From Calcarisporiella thermophila CBS 279.70 (taxonomy: Eukaryota; Fungi; Calcarisporiellomycota), in contig NW_027192207.1 in assembly GCF_041956535.1 (NCBI RefSeq), positions 64,810 to 128,809 of the forward strand: DNA of 64,000 nt, in the 5' to 3' direction. The translations under genes were made by a program, and so were the position numbers. The notes under the pieces were generated by a model. It did not search any database. It was not told the DNA's origin and worked only from the letters and a program-made list of their open reading frames with translations. Shown piece by piece: positions 1 through 11,757 of this stretch. Position 1 is the first letter of the stretch. Each line of letters begins with the position of its first letter.

Positions 1-60
1 CAAATGGGTTATGTTGGAGGAATGGGGTAGGAGAGAGGGTTTGAGGATTAGGACACTTAC

Positions 61-321
61 CATGGCAAGGACTAACACAATGGAGAGGGCATTTGCCACC
101 TGTCTGAGAAGCACCTTGTACCACTTCACCCCACCTTGACCCTTGAGCTCATTATACCCATACTTCTCAAGGCGACGTTGGGCTTCTTCTGTTGAAAGTC
201 CATCTTCAAGGTTAACATTGAAGTTCTCGACGATTCTGTTTATATCCCAGGTGTGATAAGGAGTAGTTGGTTTGCTGTCTTTGACGGAAACTGCACTTTT
301 GTCTTGAGCTTTCCTATACAT
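61..321 (-). CDS. ENA1: P-type ATPase, ENA (type IID Na+/K+ efflux) family; first coding exon, gene continues off the left edge
   Basis: Manual translation MYRKAQDK...GLSTEEAQRRLEKYGYNELKGQGGVKWYKVLLRQVANALSIVLVLAM, followed by a GTAAGT donor at 60. This is the cation-ATPase N-terminal motif, and LLRQVANA is typical of ENA. Start codon tentative. Confidence 0.8.
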
Positions 322-1213
322 ACCACATGCAATGGAAAAAAAAAAAAAATTGAGAGAGAGAAAGTGGAGGAAAGATAGTTACTTTTTGGAGTTTAACTAT
401 GGCAAACAGCGTTAATATAAGAAAGCTGTAAAGTTTAATCAATTATTGACATTTTGGGTTGCGCCGCCGGAGTGGAAAGCCCTTCTTTGATAGAATTCTG
501 TTTCGAACCCACAACAAAAGACCGGCGGTGATTGGAGGAGGGCAACAGTGCCCCAGAAATAAGTGTTCGTTTTAGAATGGATTGTATCATGGGAGGACCT
601 CGCCATTTGTCCGCTCTGACATTACAATAAAATATAGAATTGTCGTAATAAGTGCAAAACGCTTCCTTCCCAAACCGCCTCCAAAATCAGAGCGCTTCTT
701 CCACTTCTTCAGTACCCACGTGGTCTGGAGCTTAGCGCCGTCACAAATGGGTGACATCGTCCCCGGCACTGACTTGGTGATGCTATGCAAAGCACGGCTG
801 GGTTGTTTGATTCTTGCCGTTGAATGGGCTCGTGGTACTGCAACTGCGGACCCGAACCGCCACCCTTCCATGCTCTCTAGACTGCACGCTTGACTTTAGC
901 CGAAGTAGTTACGGTTTGTTGTGAAACTTCTCACGTTTCTTTTTATAAGAAGCTTCCTTCCAAATAGAAATTTTGACCATTCCAGTCCGATTCAGATCGA
1001 TCCAGTAAGACCTCAATGCTGCTCTCACCTGTTTCCAAATAGAACTATCCGGATTTAAGCGGTGTTTTATATACCACTTGCTTATATTCATTTTTATATA
1101 GAAGGATAGGGCCCTGAGCTCTCCCCAATGCATTGTACCTAGTGGCAACCAGGAAGCAATGGTAGTTTGCAGTGATATATAAAAACAAAATGAGATATGC
1201 CGGTTTTTATTAT

Positions 1214-1777
1214 TTAAACTACAAGCTTTAATACTTCCTCGGTCGTCACAATCGTGGCAAATTCATCTTTCAAAATCGCTAGCTCCATCTCATGTAACGT
1301 GGTCGGGTCAAAGATTTCACCCGAGTCCCCTTCTCGAGCAAAAGTGGCACTCGCATCCGCAACTACATATGCTTTATACCCCTTATCTCCAGCCACCCTT
1401 GCAGTGGTTGAGACGCAGTGATTTGTCGTCAACCCCGTAATAACCAGCTCTTGGATATTTTGTGCACGCAGCCTTTCCTCGAGATCGGTCGTGAAGAATG
1501 CACAGTTGACGGTTTTCTTCAGCACGGGCTCGCCTTCTAGTGGTTTCACCTCATCCTTAAGTTCATGCCCTGGTTTAGAAGGATGCAAAGGGGATGCTAA
1601 ACGCGTAGAAGCATGCTGAATGTGAAAGATGGGATATTTTTTGGCTCGAAAATGCTCAAGGATACGAGATATTTGAGCCTCAGCTTGTGGATTGTTTCGC
1701 TCACCTCCCCAATAAACATGGTCGGTGAATCCTTTTTGGACGTCAATAATAATAAGTGCAATGTTGGGTGTAGTCAT
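1214..1777 (-). CDS. Isochorismatase-family cysteine hydrolase, copy 1 (187 aa, intronless)
   Basis: Asp-Lys-Cys triad motifs IIDVQ, KKTVN, GLTTNHCV. ATG at 1777 chosen by alignment with copy 2; the ORF-track upstream extension uses a non-ATG start. Confidence 0.92.
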   Translation of the reverse strand: MTTPNIALIIIDVQKGFTDHVYWGGERNNPQAEAQISRILEHFRAKKYPIFHIQHASTRLASPLHPSKPGHELKDEVKPLEGEPVLKKTVNCAFFTTDLEERLRAQNIQELVITGLTTNHCVSTTARVAGDKGYKAYVVADASATFAREGDSGEIFDPTTLHEMELAILKDEFATIVTTEEVLKLVV

Positions 1778-2715
1778 GTTTCTGGCTGGTATCTGGTGCA
1801 GAGTTGCTAATCTTTCACTTGGAGTGATGAGTGGAATACTAAATTTCGAAGCTGATTTCACCTTTGAATATATAGCATATGTTATCTTGTCTGCCTGCAA
1901 GCCTGGGTACCTTTTGACTAGAGAACTAAAAAGATTGAGTCATTCATAAACTACGTGTAATTTAACTGATTTGGGTGGAATTTAAGTCCCGCATACATGC
2001 TATCTATCAATGCAGTTATCTATTTTTCAAAAAGATAGCAAAACGGCTGCATCATTCTCGACTCTTGAAGGCTATATATAGTGATATTTCCTATCTGAGG
2101 GTCATATGTCTTAAGCTTCAACGTAAAACCCAACCGTAATATTACTCGAGTAGCATACTCAATTTGGATCAACTTTGCATCATAATTGCTACAATCGTAA
2201 TTAACCGTAGATTGATTTCTCAATTTGATGAGGGGTATATTATGAATGAAGTTCACTCTTAAGTTCAATTTGTTGTGGACTCCTGGTTTCTTTGATAAAT
2301 ATAATTCAATGCATTTTATATATTCGCCGTACCTCATTCAGGTACACAATCTACTGCACTTTTTCTGATGTTATAGTAGAACTATATGAAAGTTTTCTCA
2401 CGCTCTGGTTTTAACCAGAGGTGGAAATTTTTCCATTAAGAAATTTGCTCTTAATCAAACCAATTCGAGTCGAGCCTCCATGCTTTACTGTAGTTTTTAC
2501 CAGCTTTTGAAAGGAAATATCCAGATTTAAGCAATGTATTTTGCGCTAAATGCCTCTACACAATTCCAAATAAATTAATAAAAGGGAGATATTGAGCTTT
2601 TGCCACTGCATTTCCGACAACTTTGTACCTTAGGGTAATTGAGAAGCAATGGGTTCGAAGGGTAAAGGTAGAATACAGTTAAAATTAAGATAAAAGCTAC
2701 AACAATTTTCATTCA

Positions 2716-3279
2716 TTAAACAACGAAATTTAGCACTTCTTCGGTGGTCACGATCGTAGCAAACTCTCCATTTAAATTCGAAAGCTCCATCTCATGTACA
2801 GTCGTTGCATCGTATTTTTTGCCCGAGACACCCACCCGCGCAAATGTGGCAGTAGCATCCGAAACAAGATATACTTTGAATCCCAAATTGGCACCCATTC
2901 TTGTCGTGGTCGAGACGCAGTGATTTGTCGTTAAACCCGTTATAACCAGCTCTTGGATATTTTGAGCGCGTAATCTCTCCTCAAGATCGGTTGTGATAAA
3001 TGAGGAGTTGACTGTCTTCTTAAGGATGGGCTCTCCTTCCAGTGGTTTCACCTCATCCTTAAGCTCATGTCCAGGATTAGAAGGGTGCAATGGCGAGGAA
3101 GGGGTGGTCGAAGCGTGCTGAATATGGAAAACGGGATAGTTTTTGGCACGGAAATGCTCAAGGATGCGGGATATCTGACTTTCTGCCTGCGGATTGTTAC
3201 GTTCACCTCCCCAGTGAGCCTGCTCGTCGAAACCTTTTTGAACATCAATGATAATAAGTGCAATATTTGATGCAGACAT
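2716..3279 (-). CDS. Isochorismatase-family cysteine hydrolase, copy 2 (187 aa, intronless)
   Basis: Same motifs; hand alignment with copy 1 is gapless with 43 differences in 187 aa (about 77% identity). Confidence 0.93.
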   Translation of the reverse strand: MSASNIALIIIDVQKGFDEQAHWGGERNNPQAESQISRILEHFRAKNYPVFHIQHASTTPSSPLHPSNPGHELKDEVKPLEGEPILKKTVNSSFITTDLEERLRAQNIQELVITGLTTNHCVSTTTRMGANLGFKVYLVSDATATFARVGVSGKKYDATTVHEMELSNLNGEFATIVTTEEVLNFVV

Positions 3280-3814
3280 GGTTGAAGTTATAATCGTGTA
3301 TTGGCGAGATATAGGTTGTAGGGAAGTGAACTGTTGTATATGGAATGGAGCGTATTTTTTACTAGTTATATATGAAAGAAATTCATATTTTGATTATAAA
3401 TCAAACTCAACTGTGTCTGCCACTCATTATGAGTATCTTTTGGCGTGATTGGGTGAAAAATTTTAAGCTCTTTATTTTAAGCAAGTCGGAGTGACACTTT
3501 TGATCCTATTCAAGCTTTGGAGAAATTTTCAATCTATATTAAATGTGAACATCATATAAAGCTATAATATTTGTGATAAAACAATAAAGCAAATAGGTGA
3601 TCCCAGTATTCATTCGTTTTTGACATTATTTAGGGCTATTTTACTATTAAGAGCCACAAATCCTATCCAAGCTCCACAGAGTTAAAAGACAACATGCTTA
3701 GGAGAATAAATAAAAAGTATAATTGCTTGTGACCTGCCTGAATCAGGCTGTCTCGAAGTTAACTGCGGCTGATCGAATTCATTATTGTGGTGTGGCGCAA
3801 GATTTATATAACCT

Positions 3815-5580
3815 ATGCACTATTCGAGCTTCATTTTTATAAAGTTTGCCATGCTATTGTCGTGTTCTAAGAGCACGCTCATCTACCCCGTATTTCATCG
3901 TTTATCCTCACGACTCTCCCTTTATTCAACTCTAGCAGCTCTTTCTACCGACAATAATGCGGAGCCACGAAATCCGGGAGACTCAATGCGAGCGATCCGA
4001 CGTGAAGTGCGTAAGAAGGCAATAGAAGAAGACCGGCTCGAAGCGAATGATGGATTGAAAGTTGAGTACTGTTTTGAAAACAGTAGGTACAACTAAATTA
4101 GTTGCAAAAATCGCCCCTATATAATGTATTTTTATGTTCTTAAGGACTTCGAAAAATCAAGCCGTACAACTTCACCTTTGTCTCTTTTGCAAAGGTATTA
4201 GAGCGTAAAATTTAAAGTACCAGAGAATTCTCAAGCTTAGATATCACTTTCATAGGAACGCCATATTGGCCGTACACTTCCCGTCATCATGGAGCAGGAA
4301 TATCCTAATCGCTGTTCTATTGATGTTGTGGTAAGTTGCTAAGTTTCTTTTCTCGCTTTTGCAAATTCTGCGTATTGAATTAAGCTAAATTTTTTTCCAA
4401 GACAAAAGCCATTTTAGAAGGTAGAATAACAGTCAATAACCAAAAGATTAGTCCAGATTATAAATTAATGCATGGAGACCGTATAAAAACATTGCGAATT
4501 CACCGGTGTGCTTCTACCTCTTATTTTCACATATCATATAAGATGCTGATTTTGTATTTGCGTGCGACTCAGGCATGAACCTCCGGTTCCCGATACCACT
4601 ATAGAAGTATTGCATAATTCTGGCAGTGTCGCAGTGATTGATAAACCTCATGGGATACCTGTTAGTTTCGTTATCTGCTTCCATATCTTAGGAATGTCAT
4701 ACTAACCGGTGTTGGATAGGTCCACCCAAATGGATTATACACCTATAACTCAATGATGAGAATCTTGGAATTGTCGGGGAAAATTCCCACCAACATGCAT
4801 AGTAATTTTCTAAGTCTAATTAGTTTATTTGAATGAATGAGTCAATGACACTCTATTGCCTGCACTTTAGTACTAAACCGTCTCGATGGACCTGCATCAG
4901 GGATTATTATCCTTGCTGATGATGTTGCACAGCATCCAATGCAGCGCGCAATGTGTCGCCGTGAACTTTATAAGGAATATCTTGCAGTGGTGGATGGGAA
5001 ATTTCCCACCGAGTCGGTGGAGTGTACCGCCCCCATTTTAATGTTGAAACGGTTACCACTAGAGATTCGAATTGACCCCAATGGGAAACCAAGTCGTACA
5101 GTTTTCAGGAGAGTGCGCTATAACCCGGAGGATAATACCAGTCTGGTACAATGTGAGTTAATGTGATATTTAAATTTTCGTCTTTTATAATAATTAATAT
5201 TTTTTTTAGGCATATTACACACAGGCAGAACACACCAGATTCGTATTCATCTCGCCCATCTTCAATTCCCTATCACCAATGACAGGCTGTATAATCCCAA
5301 ATTTTCTGGCTCTCCCCAGGTCCCTCTCTTTCTTCTTCAACAACAGCGCCAACAGAAAAATCAATCCTCCCATATCGACAACCTCGCAAACCGCCTTGGA
5401 CCTCCTTCCCACTCAACCCTCTACACTCCAATATTCCCTGACAAGGATACTCCGTGTTTAGCATGTGAACAACCTCCTCCAGATCCAACGGTAGAGGACC
5501 TAACTATTTTCTTGAAGGCAGTACTATATCGCGGACAAAATTGGGAATACAAGGCAGAGTGGCCCCTCTGGGCTCTCTAA
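3815..5580 (+). CDS. RluA-family pseudouridine synthase (Rib2/Pus9/RPUSD-like), multi-exon
   Basis: Spliced exons give an S4-like ILEGRITVNN segment, HEPPV, VIDKPHGIPVHP, NRLD with the catalytic Asp, KEYLAVVDGKFP, TGRTHQIRIHL, and a C-terminal WPLWAL* ending TAA 5580. Confidence 0.85.
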
Positions 5581-6672
5581 TGCAACGATTGTTTATTTTT
5601 GTATTAGATGACTAATAAAAACTGTACAGAGTTTATATTTATATTGGCTAGCCTCTTTGTGTTCACTCAAAAATAGAAAACATTCTAATGCTATATTAGT
5701 CGCCGATGAAAGCTACTTGGTTGAATCGTGTTGGATGTAAGCACTAAAATGAAGGGCTTGGTTTAGGTTGCCAATTAAGATATTCGTGCTTTGCCAATTT
5801 CAATAATCACCACTATCTTTTCAGAATACTGCCTTTGGTTAATCCCAAATCATTGGTTTCGACAACTGTTACAAAAGGCCCTGATGAAAATTTAACTCTA
5901 GATATTGGAGTATGATTGGGGCTGAATCCTAGCTTTAATCTTATCAAAATTAACCAAAAATTGATTCCTTTATATTCAAGTAATAACCTCAAGTAACAAC
6001 TAAAAAAAATTGATGCTTCCGCAATTTTACATAATTGCCTATAAATGTTTATTTAAGAAATATCATCCACTTATGGTTTTTCGCTTAATTTTCCACTAAT
6101 AACAGCCTAAGTTATTTGGTCAATGCATAGCTAAGCCTGACACCTTGCTAACATTCGTTTTAAAATAACGCAATCTCTTTTAATTGATATTTCGTTAAGC
6201 AGTCCCTCAGATTCCGAGGGTATTTAGATTTAATGTCGTTTTGCCGACTAGAAACCTGGCTAAAGAATGCCGATGTGTAGCAAGCTTGTTAAATCTCGAA
6301 TGAAATCATAGTACCTTAATAGAAAAATATTGGCATTAGGATGGCCCTTTTGTAATAATATAGTGAAGGTTGGATTTAGAATAAAAATGTCATTATCACA
6401 AAATATTATAGATGTGATAGACCCACCATATTACTGAAGTACTCAGCTGAAAACTTTGCCTTTTTAAAGATAGAGATCCTGATATCTGAAAACACTCATA
6501 AGCCGTTTTGCATTTAGTAAGGAAAGTCCTTTGTTTGGGCCTGGCACATGCTAAATTAGCTGAGAATTGAGATTCAGACATAAAAATAAGTCACACTTCT
6601 CATACCTTGGCCACCTCCCTACACGGCTGTAATTGCTATTCCTTCTCTCCTACTTAGTGCTACAAGTACAAT

Positions 6673-7796
6673 ATGAGCTCTGTGAATAATCACAATAGCA
6701 CATCGGAGTCAGCGAAGATTAACGTTTACGCTGTTCAAGATCAATACAACTGGTTACACGTATCATCCATAGTATGTGCTGTTGCCATGATGGCAATAGT
6801 CGGTTATCTTCGGTGCAAGCAGCCTGCCATCACGAATACAATATCACTCAAACTTTCTCTCTGGATCGGACTTGTCGACGTATTATCTCGAGTAACGATT
6901 CATTTGCAATCTCCTCCGAGATGTGATGTTATAAACCCCTTGTTTTCTGACTTTGTAGGTAAATTTTTTGATCCGTGTTAATCCTTCTGTAATGAACATT
7001 ATCGTCAATTCTATACCTTGGTCTCCTCGCCTCTTCGCATACACGAGCTATTGTTTTACGATGTGGTTTGCTTTTCTTAGCACCACAATTGCATTCGATC
7101 TACACCTATCCTTTCTCTGCCTCCGCAAGAATTTAAAATCGATTCAGCGATTGTACTGTCCCGTTGCAACACTGGCCAGCTTTTCGCTAGCACTTCCCTT
7201 CCCTTTCGTCGGTGATATATATTGGGATACAGAAATTGTAAAAAAAAATATTCAGATGCTGGCGCTTCTCCTCGGAATATTGATGAAGCAATTACATTTT
7301 TTATTTGTAGGAAAATATTTACATATCTTTGGATCTCGCACCGGCCCTTGCGCTTGAAATTTTATGTTTTAATCTCTGGATGATATCCGCAATTTTGTAC
7401 TCTTTTACCATCATTATTTTAGTAATCTTTCATGTTTACAAATCCTTGCGCGTTATCCGCGAAAACGTCGGGTCTATGTCCACGGAGGTGCAAGACAGAG
7501 AGCGACGATTTACTTACTCAGTATTGCGTGTTCTTCTCTATCCCACCGTACTTGTTATATGCTGTCCGGCGAATATCATACTCGATTGGATTTTCTTTCT
7601 GAAGCAAGAGCAAACATCTTTGAGCATAGTAATAATGCGTGCCGATTCAATAACAACTGGATTGCAAGGGGTCCTAAATTTTCTAGTATTCCTTCTCAAC
7701 CCTGCTGTCGTAAGGGCCCTCTCGCGTTACAAGATTTTCAGTGTCTTGAGAAGCAACGCATCATCCGCTATCGACATAGAAGACCGACCACAATAA
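6673..7796 (+). CDS. 7-TM GPCR-like receptor (cAMP-receptor/Git3-like); exons 6673-6891, 6959-7237, 7311-7796
   Basis: Two phase-0 GT-AG introns join three ORF-track fragments. About seven hydrophobic segments, with RVLLYP (TM6) and GLQGVLNFLVFLLNP (TM7) motifs. Confidence 0.72.
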
Positions 7797-8376
7797 CTTG
7801 ATTGCGGGGGAGGAGTAACACGATGGATTGCAGCGAACCCCAAAATTGCATTAAAGGCAATGCTGCTAGTACCTGTTTTGTAAAAAGGCTATTGTAAAAT
7901 AGGGAAATTTCGGGTTAACGTTTACGGCATCATATTAAGGAATTGTGAAATATTTCTTTACTTCTGATATTCGATCAAAATTTCCTCAGATTTTCTTAAC
8001 TTTCCTTGATTTTTTATGTATTAACCTCTAGAAGTAGTTCGTTTTAACTAATAAAACCGTCTCATCATCATGAAGCATGGACTGCTGACATAGTCCACAT
8101 TCTATTTATTTTATTGTCCGATTATGTTCTTTAATTTCTTTTAAATAAATTTAGCGATTTGTTTTCTGATCTTTTCTCCTACTACTCTTTATTATTATTA
8201 TTATTTTATTATAGGATACCAAAAGTCGCTAAATATTTCTATAACGTATGGATTAATTTGGAAGTATTAAAATACAAAAAGTAAAGGGTTTTAGTAATAT
8301 CCGGCAGATCCAACAGCTACGTAAACAAAAAATAAAATACAATTCACAACGCTACCCATGCCTAACTATAGCTGCG

Positions 8377-8748
8377 TTACAAGTGTTTCGCACCTAGGCC
8401 ACAGCTCCCAAACCACCAAGATGCTGAGAAACACAAGCACATGCAGGGTGACACGCATATTTTCATCCGTTCGCGCGACACCTGGGTCCACCCGGTTTTA
8501 TTGTTGGGCAATGCCAACGCATGATACCACGCTACTATCAGATGCGCCGGAATCCACAGAATCACTGGCAGAATCCCGTATATGCGCCCTCGTTTCATGG
8601 CGAATCTAATCACCACGGCTGCTAGGCCAATACCTAATAAGCCGATAGAGACGCATTCCCATACTCCCATACGAGTCAAGAGCTGCGTCACATACGAGAA
8701 GGATGGATATCGAGAGACAGTGCAGAAGATTTATAGAGTAAGCACCAT
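8377..8748 (-). CDS. Hypothetical small membrane protein (about 102 aa); ATG exon 8746-8748, intron 8683-8745
   Basis: ATG|GT...CAG model gives an open frame with two hydrophobic segments and a Cys/Trp-rich tail; GC is higher than the flanks. No family recognised. Confidence 0.35.
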
Positions 8749-9014
8749 AATTCTACAGTTTATTCGGGTTGGTGGATGGGAGTTGGAAAGGGTGCTGAGG
8801 AGGGATGGGGGCCAAAAGAAGGAATGGAGTCAAGGAATTATATTTTATTTTCATCTTTGTATCCAAGAGAGTTTGTTTAAAGCCGGGTATTCCCTCCCAT
8901 TTTCTTGACAGTCTCCTGTGGGTTCCTTAACTAGCATTTTCGAATATTGAGTGATCCTGAAGATTAAGTTTATATTTATTGTCTATTAATACTCCCGCTA
9001 AACTGCGCCTCGAC

Positions 9015-9116
9015 CGCGATTGATTCAAATCGCGTTCCTCGCGTCAAAAATTTTTATTATATATATACTCTTTTGCAATCTCCCTTTATATATACCTAAA
9101 ATCAATTCTAACGCGT
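9015..9116. promoter_or_regulatory. Cluster of CGCG / ACGCGT (MCB- or E2F-like) elements upstream of the SAP-Bir1-helix gene
   Basis: CGCG at 9015, 9031 and 9040 and ACGCGT at 9111-9116, within about 100 bp of otherwise AT-rich DNA. Confidence 0.4.
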
Positions 9117-9218
9117 AATTAATCAAAGATTCGTTGGATTGCTTCTATTTATCGGATGTCGGACTCTAAGTCTTGAATTGGTCCTTTAATTTGAATCCAT
9201 TTACAAAGCAACTCAAAC

Positions 9219-11757
9219 ATGGCAGATTCCTCGGTATGTATTTTATTAGAATCGCACTGCTGTTTCCCTAACGTGTTCATTGCTTTTTTCTTTATAAAAG
9301 CAACTCATCAATGAGGTTATTCCTTTTATGCTTGCGACCCAACTTAAACAAGCCATTCGAATAATCAATGACAAGCTTGGGGCAAATATAAAACTCACAG
9401 GAAAAAAAGAATCGCTTATAATTCGCGTAGCGCAATACCTACAGGCGGTCAAAACTAATGAAGCGGAATTTGCACAATGCAGGGAAGCAATATTCCTGGT
9501 GTCTGATAGGGTATATCCTGACTAATTTTTCATTATTTAGCGAGTTTTATTGATGTTTTACTTTCTCTCGAATGAATAGGCAGAGTCAATTATAGATGAT
9601 ACGGCCTCTACAACAAGTAAGCGCTCAGCTCGGCTTCGCTCGCGAAAACAAGATACTGATACCGAGAGCATGAAAGATGAGGTGGGTAGAATTGTATCTT
9701 AGTGATATATTAATATGCACTTATGAATTGTGTTCCCAATAGACTGATTCAATAATGTCAGAATCAGTTGCGGGTGATATTTATTCAAGTAATAAACCTA
9801 CGACACGGGGTCGTGGGCGAAAAAATGCTAAAAAACAAACCGCGGTGGATGCAGAAAGTTTAATTGACGAGGTATAGAGTAGTCAATAAAGTGATTAGAC
9901 ACTATTTGATTATTTATTTTTGGTCGCTTATTTTCTAGACTGAATCGGTAATGACGGAGACCGCTATAGATGACAGTGCTTCAACCACAGGCCGAGCAAC
10001 CCGTGCGCGTTCGAGAAAAAAGGTCCCAGCGAAAAAAATGCAAGGAGTAGAGACTGAAAGTGTAGCCGATGAGGTTAGCGCCCTATTCTGCAGAAGGGTA
10101 GTTAAAGAAGAATGTTAACCCTATTGTTATTTCCATTGATACTCAGTATGAATCTCTTGTTGATGAGATCCCTCCTATTACGAAGAAGCGAGCCACTCGT
10201 TCTCGTGGGCGAAAACATCTGGATGATACCGAGAGTATTGCAGATGTACGTGATTGCCTTTATCCTAGAAATGTCTTTGTAGAGTTTTTATAATATGTAA
10301 CTCTCTTCCTTTCTTAGAATGAGTCTGTTGCCGATGAGGTGGCTTCAATATCTAACAAACGGACTACGCGAGCACGTGAGCGAAAGAATGCTTCAGCAGC
10401 AGAAAAATATGAGACTATGGACACTGATAGTGTTGACGAGGTATATACTCATAGCGTCGGAATAATGATCAAAAGTAGCTTTAGGTTAATTTTTATGTTA
10501 TTACCTTCAAGACCGCGTCGGTAATGACGACTGATATTACATCTGTACCAAATAAGCGTCCTCCAAGAACTCGAAAGCGAAGGCAGGAGGAAGAAGAAGT
10601 GAAACCAGATAATCCACCCGTTAATGAAATAGACGAGGTCAGTATTATTTCCCGGGATCTCTATGTATTTTTGTATAGTCCTAATTATTTTATATACTAT
10701 ATAAATAGATATGGGAAGAAGTCAAACCACTACGAAAAACACATGCCCGGACATACAAGGGACGTAAACGAGTTAAGAAGGACGAGGAGCTAGAATCAAT
10801 AGTGGAAGAGGTGTGGTATACTTATCATTTTTAAAACCAGCGCTTATTTAAACTTTTAAATCTGAATATTGGACACAGAGCGTAGCGGATGATGAATCAA
10901 TTGTCCCCCCGGAAGACGTCAAATCACCTAAACATCGTTCCCGCACAGGGCGTGCTGTTGCTACTGCAGAGCGGAGAGGAAAAACACGCGCAAAGAAGGC
11001 TCCATCATCTAAAAACGAATCTGCGACAGCAGAGGAGAAAGTCGATACAATAGAAGATGACCTGGTATCCGTTGCCGCGTCTGAGGATGTACAAAGTGTA
11101 GCGTCTGCTGCTAGTCGACCGCGGAGGGAGGGTCGAACAAGAAAAGAACGAGCACCGAAAATCGCTACGATAGCAGAGGAGTCAGAAACTCTGAAAGATG
11201 AAATAGAATCAATTGCACCATCGGAGAAGGATTTGCCAGTCACTGCCCCAGAGTCCGCAACTGGAAAAAGTAGGACAAATCGGGGAGGTGGCAGAGGTAA
11301 GAAGATAGCACAACCTAAAATCGCGGCTATTGCAGAAGAAGACCTGAACAGAACGGAGGAGGACAAAGAAGTCGAAGAAAGATTTAATCAAGTCGAAGTG
11401 AATGGGGTCAAGAAGGGTCAGTTAACACTTTCTGCGGGTGAAACACCCTTGAAACCATCGAAAACCACAACGCAAACAACAACGCCGCTCCCTTCTGCTC
11501 GTCTCGAGGAAAGATCACAGCAAAACAACGATGGGTACGATCCAAATCTCGCTAATTTCTCGCCCGAACTCGTGAGACTACCCATTCCCGTCGTGCTCTC
11601 TTCAGAGGAATCAAAACTGACTGTGGAGCAGTATTATCGCCAAAGATTGGAAAAACAAGTGGAGCGTTTGCGCGAGTTGGGAGACCAGATAGTGGTGCAT
11701 TTCAGAGAAGAGAGTGAAAAGCTCCGAAATGCAATCCTACAGATTCCCACGATTTAA
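9219..11757 (+). CDS. SAP-domain protein with exon-encoded repeats and a Bir1/Survivin-like C-terminal helix (about 635 aa, 10 exons)
   Basis: Exons 9219-9233, 9301-9498 (or 9510), 9580-9681, 9743-9871, 9939-10073, 10147-10245, 10318-10440, 10512-10637, 10709-10810, 10879-11757. All introns are GT-AG and phase 0 and the spliced frame is open. N-term QLKQAIRII...LTGKKESLIIRV; C-term LSSEESKLTVEQYYRQRLEKQVERLRELGDQIVVHFREESEKLRNAILQIPTI. Confidence 0.8.

Noticed and set aside
490-530. GGTTCGAA on the minus strand resembling a tRNA T-loop
   Set aside because: The flanks do not pair into a T stem and no cloverleaf can be built.
582-1148. ORF-track ORFs upstream of the ENA ATPase
   Set aside because: Short overlapping ORFs with no motifs; more likely promoter and terminator sequence.
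9580-10810. Regularly spaced repeats as a CRISPR array or transposon
   Set aside because: The similarity is at protein level and the units are bounded by splice sites; there are no identical DNA direct repeats, cas genes or transposase.
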